DNA of 40,547 nucleotides from Thermodesulfovibrionia bacterium (GTDB lineage: Bacteria; Nitrospirota; Thermodesulfovibrionia; UBA6902; BMS3Bbin08). Below are positions 19,601-26,964 of this stretch, in pieces. The stretch is from positions 1-40,547 of the forward strand of contig JAZFSN010000051.1 in NCBI GenBank assembly GCA_036446195.1, written 5' to 3'. Numbering within the stretch: the first letter of the stretch is position 1; each line of letters begins with the position of its first letter. The notes under the pieces are model-generated. The model had not been told where the DNA came from and did no database searches. It saw nothing but the letters and a program-made list of their open reading frames with translations. Position numbers and translations under genes: made by a program.

Positions 19601-20216
19601 CTACAAGTCCTATGTGAAGGTCGCGGCTTAACTCAATAAGTTGTGTGTTAATTTTTTGCTGTTCTGGTATTTCATTTGCCTGAACCTCTAAAAAGAAGTT
19701 ATCAGCTCCAAGGATTCGTTTGTAACTGAGAGCTGTCTCCCTTGCCTTGTCAATCATGCCTGCTGCAAGATAATAAGGGATTTCGCCTTTGAGACAGGAG
19801 GAAAGACCTATGAGCCCCCCGCTGTATTGAGATAAAAGGTCTTTATCAATTCTGGGCTTGTAATAAAAACCTTCAAGATATGCCTTGCTCACAAGTCTCG
19901 TCAGATTTTTATACCCGTAAATGTCTTTACACAGGAGTATTAAATGAAATGATGCATCGCTGATGTTGTTTTTGCTTTTTTTCTCAAAACGATTTTCTGG
20001 TGCTACATAAACTTCGCACCCTATTATAGGTTTAAGGCCAGCCCTGGAAACTTTTTTATAAAATTCGATGGCTCCGAATAGATTCCCATGGTCGGTTATG
20101 GCAACAGCCGGAAGTTTGTATTCTACGGCTATTGCTACAAGCTCTTTGACCTGTATTGCTCCGTCAAGGAGGCTGTGCTGGGTATGGAGGTGAAGAGGAA
20201 CGTAACCGGAATGCAT
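16611..20216 (-). CDS. dnaE: DNA polymerase III subunit alpha
   Basis: 1201 aa, N-terminal PHP domain VPLHLHTQHSLLDGA, PDIDVDF, FNKSHSAAYA, OB fold; extra ~50-59 aa before the C-terminal domain. Confidence 0.97.
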   Translation of the reverse strand: MHSGYVPLHLHTQHSLLDGAIQVKELVAIAVEYKLPAVAITDHGNLFGAIEFYKKVSRAGLKPIIGCEVYVAPENRFEKKSKNNISDASFHLILLCKDIYGYKNLTRLVSKAYLEGFYYKPRIDKDLLSQYSGGLIGLSSCLKGEIPYYLAAGMIDKARETALSYKRILGADNFFLEVQANEIPEQQKINTQLIELSRDLHIGLVATNDCHYLKREDAKAHDVLLCIQTGKTLKDKNRMKFSGDAFYFKSPAEMKEAFKHIPEAIENTKKIAERCNLDFKFGAFHLPKYKIPEGYDSNSYLKKLAEEGLNKKLGGNISENYKKRLQGELKTINAMGFSSYFLIVWDFISYAKNKKIPVGPGRGSAAGSLVAYCLDITEIDPIRYDLLFERFLNPERISMPDIDVDFCMNRRPEVIEYVAERFGKDHVAQIVTFGTMQARAALRDVGRAMDIPYAEVDKVAKLVPNVANISLKDALNIEPKFKELYDTNLTIKELVDIAQRLEGLSRHVSTHAAGVVISPEPLTEFLPLYKAPNETAIITQFDMDAIEALGLPKFDFLGLKTLTIIDKTEKIINKSIQGSYTTKTPESFSIKDIPLDDKEVFKLLCTAKTTGIFQLESTGMKDLLLKLNPETFEELIALVALYRPGPLGSGMVDDFIKRKRGKSPIKYQLPQLKEILEETYGVILYQEQVMKIANMLANFSMAEADILRRAMGKKKIAEMEKLKDTFVSGAKSNKISEKKALKLFNDMANFAQYGFNKSHSAAYALIAYRTAYLKAHYPVEFMAAALSTDMDNTVKIVTYINECKEMGLKILPPDINESEREFNVIENSIRFGLEAVKGIGSSAIEAIIESRNKGKFASFLDFCIRVDSRKVNKKVIESLIKSGALDSLGKRAQLMSAFSSVMDTALKAERERLSGQRSMFETHQTASQTLPEIEEWGESKRLLMEKDALGFYITGHPLNRYKKKLEQLSVTPTHEIQDLPDKEDINVGGIPVKLKKIQTKKKGDLMAYLTIEDLHGTVELIVFPDIYRESVNIISQDSPIIISGQIDKSDKGLKIIAKKIVSIEDGEKFAEESHPRRLAEARKQKIGSREGGNFETSQPLNSLNPQLQDSKLPTGLINKTLNFKLKAMTLTLKANTDLRELSNLKDILLKNKGDYPVPVYLKIISPRQWETLILTGQHVTPTEKMILEIEGLLGKGMAILS

Positions 20217-20307
20217 TGTAAATTTTAGAATAATGATAGGATGTTAGTCAAACAAGAGAACAGGGATCAGGGATCAAAGATCAGGGGACAAGAATCTTTA
20301 TTCTTTC

Positions 20308-20334
20308 ACTGACAACTGACCCCTGACAACTGGT
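20308..20334 (-). repeat. Dispersed repeat CAGTTGTCAGGGGTCAGTTGTCAGTG (inverted copy)
   Basis: The reverse complement matches 24018-24049 (CAGTTATCAGGGGTCAGTTGTCAGT...) with one mismatch over about 26 nt. Confidence 0.75.
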
Positions 20335-20337
20335 ATT

Positions 20338-21348
20338 TTACAGTCTGTTGCTTACTAATTTTATTTCTTCTAATTTTTTAAGGGCTGCACCTGAATCTAT
20401 GGCTTCAGATGCCTTTTCTGCCGCCTCTTTAAAACTTTTTGCCATGTTGCCTGTTATCAGTGCTGCAGCAGTATTCATTATAGTTATATCTCTCTTGGGG
20501 CTCTTTACGCCTTTAAGTATATCAATTGTTATCTTTGCGTTTTCCTCTGCTGTTCCACCCAGCAGGTCTTCTTTTCTGGCTCTTATAAAGCCCATGTCTT
20601 CAGGAGTTATATAATAAGTATCGGTTCTGCCGTCTTTCAATTCTGATATTTTTGTTTTTTCGGTATTAGTAATCTCGTCAAGTCCGTCTTCTCCATGAAC
20701 TATGAAAGCATGTACTATACCAAGGTTGCCAAGTACATGTGCAATAGTTTCTGTTAGACTGTCACTAAATACTCCCAGAACCTGCCTTTCAGCTCCAGCA
20801 GGGTTTGTGAGAGGGCCTAGTATATTAAAGACAGTTCTTATTCCCATTTCTTTTCTCGGGCCAATGGCATATTTCATTGCGGGATGAAATAAGGGGGCAA
20901 ACATAAAACCAAAACCCGTTGACTCAAGGCATTTTTCAACTTTTTTAGGTTCAAGGTCTATTTTTACGCCAAGCGCCTCGAGCACATCCGCGCTTCCAGA
21001 GCGGCTTGATACAGAACGGTTGCCGTGTTTGGCAACAGGCACGCCGCAGGCAGCCGCGATCAGGGCAGCGGAAGTGGAGATATTAAAAGTATGTGCCATA
21101 TCGCCGCCTGTACCGCACGTGTCAACGGTATATTTTGGAGCATTTATTTTCGTCGCCTTTTCCCTCATAACTTTTGCTGCGCCTGTGATTTCCTCGACAG
21201 TCTCACCCTTTATTCTGAGCGCCGTGAGAAAGGATGCAATTTGTGCATCAGTTGCCCGGCCTTCCATTATTTCCCTCATGGCATTTATTATTTCATCTTC
21301 CTGGAGATTCGTGCCTTCAATAACAAGTTTAATAATGTCTTTAATCAT
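20338..21348 (-). CDS. trpD: Anthranilate phosphoribosyltransferase
   Basis: 336 aa, DTCGTGGD, NISTSAALIAAACGVPVAKHGNRS motifs. Confidence 0.95.
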   Translation of the reverse strand: MIKDIIKLVIEGTNLQEDEIINAMREIMEGRATDAQIASFLTALRIKGETVEEITGAAKVMREKATKINAPKYTVDTCGTGGDMAHTFNISTSAALIAAACGVPVAKHGNRSVSSRSGSADVLEALGVKIDLEPKKVEKCLESTGFGFMFAPLFHPAMKYAIGPRKEMGIRTVFNILGPLTNPAGAERQVLGVFSDSLTETIAHVLGNLGIVHAFIVHGEDGLDEITNTEKTKISELKDGRTDTYYITPEDMGFIRARKEDLLGGTAEENAKITIDILKGVKSPKRDITIMNTAAALITGNMAKSFKEAAEKASEAIDSGAALKKLEEIKLVSNRL

Positions 21349-21350
21349 AG

Positions 21351-21932
21351 TTAATCCTCTTTCTTGATCCCCAGTTTCAAAAAATTCCTCAGTAAATCTT
21401 TCCCAACCTTGGTAAGTATTGACTCAGGATGGAATTGAACCCCTTCCATTAAAAAATCTTTATGCCTTATACCCATTATCTCATCTCTGTCTGTCCATGC
21501 AGTTATCTCAAAGCAGGCAGGCAGGGTGGCCCTTTTTATAATAAGCGAGTGATATCTTGTCGCCTCAAAGGGGTTTGGAAGCCCTTTAAAAATAGTTTTT
21601 CCGTCATGGTGAATTAAGGAGGTCTTTCCGTGCATAAGTCGCGGAGCATTTATTATATCCCCGCCGAAAGCTGCGCCAGCTGACTGATGTCCGAGACATA
21701 CGCCAAGAATTGGAATTTTCCCGGTAAAACATCTTATTACTTCTGTGGATATGCCGGCTTCTTTTGGCGTGCATGGCCCGGGAGAGATGACAATTCTCCC
21801 GGGATTGAGCTTTTCTATTTCAGGGATTGTAATCTTGTCGTTTCTGAAAACGCGAATATCCTCACCGAGCTCACCGAGATACTGAACCAGGTTATAAGTG
21901 AAAGAATCGTAATTGTCAATCATTAATAACAT
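21351..21932 (-). CDS. trpG: Anthranilate synthase component II (glutamine amidotransferase, TrpG/PabA type)
   Basis: 193 aa, [34 protein letters not shown] triad motifs. Confidence 0.93.
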   Translation of the reverse strand: MLLMIDNYDSFTYNLVQYLGELGEDIRVFRNDKITIPEIEKLNPGRIVISPGPCTPKEAGISTEVIRCFTGKIPILGVCLGHQSAGAAFGGDIINAPRLMHGKTSLIHHDGKTIFKGLPNPFEATRYHSLIIKRATLPACFEITAWTDRDEIMGIRHKDFLMEGVQFHPESILTKVGKDLLRNFLKLGIKKED

Positions 21933-21992
21933 AAAGTTAATTCCTAATTTTCAGTTTAAACTCTGAAAAATATATAATTGACACACCTGCCA

Positions 21993-22128
21993 AAGTACAA
22001 TAGGATTAGATTTGAACGGTTTTTTTCGTCCAGACATGTCGGGGCGAAAACCCTGCCTGCCGGCAGGCAGGCTCGGAGTCCCGATACTTCGGGATGGGAA
22101 TGAGTGAAAGTCTAATCCTATTGTACTT
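21993..22128. repeat. MITE-like element with perfect 18-bp terminal inverted repeats and central GC palindrome
   Basis: AAGTACAATAGGATTAGA (21993-22010) / TCTAATCCTATTGTACTT (22111-22128); core CCTGCCTGCCGGCAGGCAGG 22052-22071; inner hairpin TCCCGA-TACT-TCGGGA. Confidence 0.8.
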
Positions 22129-22150
22129 CATAACTATACTGTGTTTATTT

Positions 22151-23713
22151 TCAGGTTAAATCGTTCTCTGCCATTTCTATTGCTTTAAACATTCCTTTTG
22201 CCTTGTTGATGGTTTCCATGTATTCTTTCTCAGGGTCTGAATCAGCAACTATTCCTGCTCCTGCCTGTATATAGGCTGTTTGTTTTTTCAGACCCGTCTG
22301 ATCCGCCGAGGCGGAAAAAATAATGGTTCTAATGGTAATACACATATCCATATTACCAGAGAAATCAAAATAACCTACACATCCGGCATAAGGCCCTCTC
22401 TTGGTTGGCTCCAGTTCTTCAATAATCTCCATAGCCCGTATCTTTGGGGCGCCTGTCACCGTGCCTGCCGGGAATGACGCCCTGAGCAAATCAAATGCGT
22501 CCCTGCCATTTTCAAGTTTTCCAATAACATTAGATGCAAGGTGCATGACATGAGAATATCTTTCAACAGTCATCAACTCGGTAACTTCAACAGTGCCTGT
22601 GGCTGCTACCCTTCCCAGGTCATTTCTGCCCAGGTCAACGAGCATAATATGCTCTGCCATTTCCTTGGGATCTGCCTTCAGCTCTTTTTCGAGTTCCAGG
22701 TCTTTTTCAACGGTATCTCCTCTTTTTCTTGTTCCCGCAATTGGTCTCAGCTCTGTAATATCACCTTCGAGCCTGACCAGTATTTCAGGGGAAGATCCTA
22801 CAAGCGTGTTTTTACCGGTCTCAAGGTAGAACATGTAAGGCGATGGGTTTATGATACGAAGTGCCCGGTAGGCATTTATCGGATGAATATCTGTCTCTCT
22901 TTGAAAATTTTGAGATATTACCGTCTGAATTACATCTCCTGACTTTACATATTCTTTTATCTTCCTGACTGCCTTCAGGAAGTCGTTTTTAGAAAAATTA
23001 GACAGGAAATTATTCTCTAAACTGGGGACAAAAGGCTTTTTTGTCATAGTCGGCTTATGACGGGATGATGCAATTGAACTCTTGGGAAGTACAATTTTTG
23101 ATTTAAGCTTTTTGACTATGACGTCAATTTTTTCCAGAGCCTTATCATAAGCTGTTTTTGGATCAGCTTCTATGTGAGCATTTGAGATTACTTTAATCTT
23201 TTGGGTCAGGTTATCAAATACAAGTAATGTATCGGTAAGCATGAAAAATATATCAGGCAGATTTAATTTGGCGAGATGATTATCCGGCAATTTTTCAAAA
23301 AAGCGTACAGTATCATATCCGATATAACCGACAAAACCGCCAAAGAACCTAGGAAGTCCGGGCATTATAACAGGCTTATATTTTTTTATTTCTGCTGATA
23401 TAATTTCAAGTGGGTCTCGATATCGAGCGATACCTGCTTTGTCAAATCTGATTTTCTCTTTTTGTGTTCCCCGCTTAACTGTAAGGGTGTTACCGTTCCC
23501 TTCTATTGTCAGTGAGGGATTGCTTCCGATAAATGAATACCTTGCCCATTTTTCTCCTCCCTCAACGCTTTCAAAGAGGAACCCTGTTTTTCCCTTTAGT
23601 TTAATAAATGCTGAAAGAGGAGTCTCAAGGTCTGCAAGGATCTCTTTATAGACAGGGATAAGGTTGCCTTGTTTAGTTTTCTCTTTAAATTCTTGAAAAT
23701 CAGGGTAGAACAT
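22151..23713 (-). CDS. trpE: Anthranilate synthase component I
   Basis: LFESVEGGEKWARYSFIG, GAPKIRAMEIIEELE, GAGIVADSDPEKEY; start uncertain: MFYPDF (23713) preferred, MKK (23737) or GTG (23779) possible. Confidence 0.93.
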   Translation of the reverse strand: MFYPDFQEFKEKTKQGNLIPVYKEILADLETPLSAFIKLKGKTGFLFESVEGGEKWARYSFIGSNPSLTIEGNGNTLTVKRGTQKEKIRFDKAGIARYRDPLEIISAEIKKYKPVIMPGLPRFFGGFVGYIGYDTVRFFEKLPDNHLAKLNLPDIFFMLTDTLLVFDNLTQKIKVISNAHIEADPKTAYDKALEKIDVIVKKLKSKIVLPKSSIASSRHKPTMTKKPFVPSLENNFLSNFSKNDFLKAVRKIKEYVKSGDVIQTVISQNFQRETDIHPINAYRALRIINPSPYMFYLETGKNTLVGSSPEILVRLEGDITELRPIAGTRKRGDTVEKDLELEKELKADPKEMAEHIMLVDLGRNDLGRVAATGTVEVTELMTVERYSHVMHLASNVIGKLENGRDAFDLLRASFPAGTVTGAPKIRAMEIIEELEPTKRGPYAGCVGYFDFSGNMDMCITIRTIIFSASADQTGLKKQTAYIQAGAGIVADSDPEKEYMETINKAKGMFKAIEMAENDLT

Positions 23714-23933
23714 TTGACAAAACCCGCTTTTTTTCATTACTATTTTAAAGTATAGGCGTATCCTAATACTTGATTGCACCGATTAAAATAAGATTACACA
23801 GATAGTGCGTGAGCGAAGCGTTCGCCTATCTTGAATGTCTATTATAGACTATTGATAGCTTAAAGTTAAGTTTTAAAGAAGAAGTTTTTTCTTTGAGTCT
23901 TTGAATTTAGCTGATAACTGATAACTATTTAAT

Positions 23934-24009
23934 GCGGGTGTAGCTCAGCTGGTAGAGCACAACCTTGACAAGGTTGGGGTCGCGGGTTCGAATCCCGTCG
24001 CCCGCTCCA
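23934..24009 (+). tRNA. tRNA-Val (anticodon GAC)
   Basis: Hand-folded cloverleaf: acceptor GCGGGTG/CGCCCGC, D arm GCTC..GAGC, anticodon arm CAACC-TTGACAA-GGTTG, T arm GCGGG-TTCGAAT-CCCGT, encoded CCA. Confidence 0.93.
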
Positions 24010-24017
24010 TATAAAGC

Positions 24018-24049
24018 AGTTATCAGGGGTCAGTTGTCAGTTGGCAGTG
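24018..24049 (+). repeat. Dispersed repeat CAGTTaTCAGGGGTCAGTTGTCAGT (direct copy) just 3' of tRNA-Val
   Basis: See 20308-20334. Confidence 0.75.
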
Positions 24050-24101
24050 AAAAATTAAACTGATTACTGATAACTGGTTACTGTTTTTAAATTCCTCCTC
24101 A

Positions 24102-24132
24102 ATTCTGCTAAGCAGAATCTTTGTTGTTTTGC
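24102..24132 (+). terminator. Possible intrinsic terminator after tRNA-Val
   Basis: ATTCTGC-TAA-GCAGAAT 7-bp stem followed by the T-rich CTTTGTTGTTTTGC; stem is AT-rich, so weak. Confidence 0.35.
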
Positions 24133-24230
24133 TCGGCTTTTTCTCATCCTTTTTATTTAAACCCCAATTAAGCGATTCTTAATCTGTCATTTCGGTTCCC
24201 GTTCTCCGTAGCACTGCGAAGGATGAATGT

Positions 24231-24273
24231 CCGGTCGGAGCGACTCTTCGCGGAGACTCGCTTCGAGAATCTC
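24231..24273 (+). repeat. Dispersed repeat family B copy
   Basis: CCGGTCGGAGCGACTCTTCGCGGAGACTCGCTTCGAGAATCTC; related to 1085-1140 and, inverted, to 27497-27547. Confidence 0.7.
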
Positions 24274-24320
24274 TCTTCTATGCCACCCGTCACTGAATGG
24301 TTCACCTTTTAACAATAGTA

Positions 24321-24376
24321 TTGACAGACCTAAAACAGTATGGTATATAGATGTTTTACTAAGGCTTTTGTATAAT
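24321..24376 (+). promoter_or_regulatory. Tandem sigma70-like promoters upstream of the DUF5678-like/retropepsin pair
   Basis: TTGACA (24321-24326), 17 nt, TATATA (24344-24349); second perfect TATAAT at 24371-24376 preceded by TG; ATG at 24396. Confidence 0.5.
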
Positions 24377-24395
24377 AGAATTAAGTGATAATCCC

Positions 24396-24635
24396 ATGAC
24401 CAATCTGGAAAAAGAGTTCCAATATTACGTAGACCACCAAGAAGAACTCGTCCGCCAGCATAATGGAAAATTCATCGTTATCAAAGGGCAGGAGATAATA
24501 GGCGTGTATGATTCCGAAATGGAAGCTATTGAAAAAACCTCGGCAGAGCATGAACTCGGAACGTTCCTTATTCAGAAGTGCGAACCGGGAAGCGAAAGCT
24601 ACACGCAGACATATCATTCCAGGGTTGCCTTCTAA
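24396..24635 (+). CDS. Small conserved-looking protein, DUF5678-like (79 aa)
   Basis: Pattern HNGKFIVIKGQEIIGVYDSEMEAIEKT...GTFLIQKC resembles DUF5678-type small proteins (recognised from memory, unverified); own promoters; stop abuts next ATG. Confidence 0.7.
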   Translation: MTNLEKEFQYYVDHQEELVRQHNGKFIVIKGQEIIGVYDSEMEAIEKTSAEHELGTFLIQKCEPGSESYTQTYHSRVAF

Positions 24636-25217
24636 ATGCCCCCCCCTATAAATGTTCACAGCTTCACAACCGAACATAATGGTATTGCCAATGTATTAAA
24701 ATCATTGGTTAATATATCTCTGGGATTTGACCCCAAAGCAATATCAGTACGACCTTCGCCGAAAGAATACACCGCCATCTGGGATACAGGCGCAACCAAC
24801 TCTGTCATTACGAAAAAGGTAGTACAGGAATGCGGGCTGAAACCAATTAGCATGGTACAGGTTAATCATGCTGGCGGTACTACAGTGCAACCCGTTTATC
24901 TTGTCAATATTTATCTTCCTAACAAGGTCGTTTTCTATCATGTAAGAGCTACTGAAGGTGATATAAAAGGCAGTGATGTGCTTGTGGGGATGGATATTAT
25001 CAACAAAGGGGATTTTGTAGTAACAAACAAAGATGGGAAGACAGTGTTTTCATTCAGGTGTCCATCTATTGAGCGAATTGATTTTGTAAAGCAACGACCG
25101 TCCGGGTCTTCTTCCACCACACCATTTCCCCCCTCAGGTAAGAAAATCGGCAGGAATGACCCCTGCAAGTGCGGAAGCGGGAAGAAGTATAAAAAGTGCT
25201 GCGGCAGAGGGGGATAA
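24636..25217 (+). CDS. Retropepsin-like aspartic protease with C-terminal SEC-C zinc motif
   Basis: AIWDTGATNSVI (D-T-G-A catalytic loop, Asp50), VLVGMDIINKGDF, Ser/Pro linker, C-terminal GRNDPCKCGSGKKYKKCCG. Confidence 0.8.
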   Translation: MPPPINVHSFTTEHNGIANVLKSLVNISLGFDPKAISVRPSPKEYTAIWDTGATNSVITKKVVQECGLKPISMVQVNHAGGTTVQPVYLVNIYLPNKVVFYHVRATEGDIKGSDVLVGMDIINKGDFVVTNKDGKTVFSFRCPSIERIDFVKQRPSGSSSTTPFPPSGKKIGRNDPCKCGSGKKYKKCCGRGG

Positions 25218-25273
25218 ACTTCTTTTATCTAGAAAAAGTAGAAAAAGGTAGAAAAAGGGGTCAGACTTAATTA

Positions 25274-25302
25274 TTGACATTTAATAAAATTCTTGCTATT
25301 TT
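25274..25302 (+). promoter_or_regulatory. Sigma70-like promoter inside the left IR of the Y1/HUH unit (would give a near-leaderless mRNA)
   Basis: TTGACA (25274-25279), 17 nt, TATTTT (25297-25302); ATG at 25309, no SD. Confidence 0.4.
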
Positions 25303-25308
25303 TTATGC

Positions 25309-26262
25309 ATGGCACGAAAACCGAGGATAGAGTTTGAGGGAGCGTTTTATCACGTAATAGTCAGGGGCAATCAGAAACAAAAGATATTTAAAGATAATCA
25401 CGATTTTCTACAATACCAGCAAATAATAAACGCCTACAAGGCGAACTACCATTATTATCTTTATTCATATGTCCTTATGAGTAATCATATACACCTGCTT
25501 ATCGAAACAAGAGACACCCCTTTATCAAAAATAATGCAGGGAATCAACCAGCGTTATACAATGTATTTCAACAGAAAATATAAAACAGTTGGGCATCTTT
25601 TTCAGGGTAGATACAAAGCCATTCTTTGTGATAGGAACGCTTATCTATTAACGCTGATTAAATACATACACATGAATCCAGTAAGGGCAAAGATTGCAGA
25701 AAGTATCAGCAAATATCAATGGAGCAGTCATCATGAATATATAAAAAAGAGGAAGAAAAAAGGAATCATTGATGTAGACCAGGTATTGAGGATGTTTTCA
25801 GAAGACAAATCAGCAGCCAGAAAACTATACCGGACTTATATGGGTGATGAAATATCTGTAAAGAAGGAAGATATTTACAGGACTGTAGATCAACGGATAT
25901 TGGGAACAGAGCAGTTTGTAGAGGACGTAATGGAAAGACACGATGTGGAGTTGTCTCAAGAAAGGAAAGCAAGAGAATATTCAATGGCAGAGATAGCAAA
26001 GGCAGTAGAGAAGGTTATGGGCATAAAGTTAAAACAGATTCGTCAAAAAAGTAAATTGAGAGAAATATCCAGGGGGAGACAAATAATATCTATAGTTTCC
26101 GGAGAGTACGGGTATAAGGGCAAAGAGATATCTGAGTTTATACATAAAGATGCAGCAATGATAACGAGATATATGAAAGAAAAGGGAAAGTTAAAGGAAG
26201 AAGTAAAAAATGTAATTGAAATGATGAAAAAAGAACGTAATAATGTCAATAGTCAAGTCTGA
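25309..26262 (+). CDS. Y1 HUH transposase-like protein (IS200/RayT, COG1943-type) fused to DnaA-C-like HTH
   Basis: FYHVIVRGN, HUH motif SNHIHLLIE, catalytic Tyr in LFQGRYKAIL; C-terminal KSKLREISRGRQIISIVSGEYGYKGKEISEFIHKDAAMITRYM resembles DnaA domain IV. Confidence 0.85.
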   Translation: MARKPRIEFEGAFYHVIVRGNQKQKIFKDNHDFLQYQQIINAYKANYHYYLYSYVLMSNHIHLLIETRDTPLSKIMQGINQRYTMYFNRKYKTVGHLFQGRYKAILCDRNAYLLTLIKYIHMNPVRAKIAESISKYQWSSHHEYIKKRKKKGIIDVDQVLRMFSEDKSAARKLYRTYMGDEISVKKEDIYRTVDQRILGTEQFVEDVMERHDVELSQERKAREYSMAEIAKAVEKVMGIKLKQIRQKSKLREISRGRQIISIVSGEYGYKGKEISEFIHKDAAMITRYMKEKGKLKEEVKNVIEMMKKERNNVNSQV

Positions 26263-26279
26263 CCCCATACCACTGATTC

Positions 26280-26654
26280 CTAAACCATTATCTCTACCAG
26301 TATCTTTTCATAGTCAACAACTGGTCTGGTTTTTTTCCTGCCATTCTTTGTCTTTTTAATCTCAATCAAACCAAGTTCTGCAAGGTAATGGACATCGTCT
26401 GTAACATTCTTTGCATCCCTGTGTAAAATCTTTGCAAGCGCATAAATGGAATCAGGCTTATTTTTCTTAATTGTCTTCAATATCCTCAATCGTTCATCAG
26501 TTATGAACTTTCTCATTGTCTTTAAGGATTCAAAAGAGATAACTGATTGAGGCTTTACAGCCTTGCCTTTTGCCACTGCCTTCATTGCTTTCTTTGCTTC
26601 TGCTATAAACTCGTCTTCGCTCTGAATGTCTAATCTTACATTTTTAATCTTCAT
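26280..26654 (-). CDS. HTH DNA-binding protein, putative antitoxin (TumA/HVO_A0114-like)
   Basis: 124 aa; winged-helix-like KPDSIYALAKILHRDAKNVTDDVHYLAELGLIEI; 11-nt overlap with the upstream TumE-like ORF. Confidence 0.7.
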   Translation of the reverse strand: MKIKNVRLDIQSEDEFIAEAKKAMKAVAKGKAVKPQSVISFESLKTMRKFITDERLRILKTIKKNKPDSIYALAKILHRDAKNVTDDVHYLAELGLIEIKKTKNGRKKTRPVVDYEKILVEIMV

Positions 26655-26964
26655 GTCTAACTCTCCTTACGTCGTTTAAAAAATCCTCAAAGAGTTTGTC
26701 AATGCTTTTAAACTCATATGGATATACTTTGTCTTTATAATGCCTGTGGTCTCCTTTTCTTTCTGCATTGTCATAACCTATTATTCTTTTGCCTTCCCTT
26801 ATATAAACCAGTGAATACTTAAATCCATGCGGTTTATCATGTGTTTTGCTGACATGCCATGACCTAATTTCAACAATGTCTCCATTGGGATATACCCTCT
26901 TACGCATTATGAAAGGCTTTGCCTCCATATAGGTTATTATATGCCATGTATCAGCATAAAGCAA
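26644..26964 (-). CDS. TumE/DUF6516-family putative toxin
   Basis: IVEIRSWHV...PHGFKYSLVYIREGKRIIGYDNAERKGDHRHYKDKVYPYEF matches my recollection of the TumE family; start uncertain (TTG 26964 or ATG 26928). Confidence 0.65.
   Translation of the reverse strand: MLYADTWHIITYMEAKPFIMRKRVYPNGDIVEIRSWHVSKTHDKPHGFKYSLVYIREGKRIIGYDNAERKGDHRHYKDKVYPYEFKSIDKLFEDFLNDVRRVRHED

Larger units (their letters stand above)
25257..26266 (+). mobile_element. Inverted-repeat-bounded unit carrying the Y1/HUH gene
   Basis: GGGGTCAGACTTAATTATTGACATT (25257-25281) versus reverse complement of 26242-26266 GGGGTCAGACTTGACTATTGACATT: 23/25 match; right IR overlaps the stop codon. Confidence 0.55.

Noticed and set aside
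20217-20337. trpEGD lacking trpCFBA and followed directly by dnaE, considered as an operon disruption
   Set aside because: Split trp operons are common, and nothing in the sequence indicates recent truncation. Only the dispersed repeat in the spacer is noteworthy, and it is reported separately.
23714-23933. Trp attenuator, leader peptide, T-box or TRAP site upstream of trpE
   Set aside because: No tandem Trp codons appear on the minus strand (no CCACCA on the plus strand), there is no series of (G/U)AG triplets, and there is no recognisable T-box specifier or antiterminator. Only repeat half-sites are present.
24381-24677. 98-aa minus-strand ORF overlapping the DUF5678-like gene
   Set aside because: It is antisense to a better-supported ORF that has promoters and a coupled downstream gene. 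The product has no motif and no start context.
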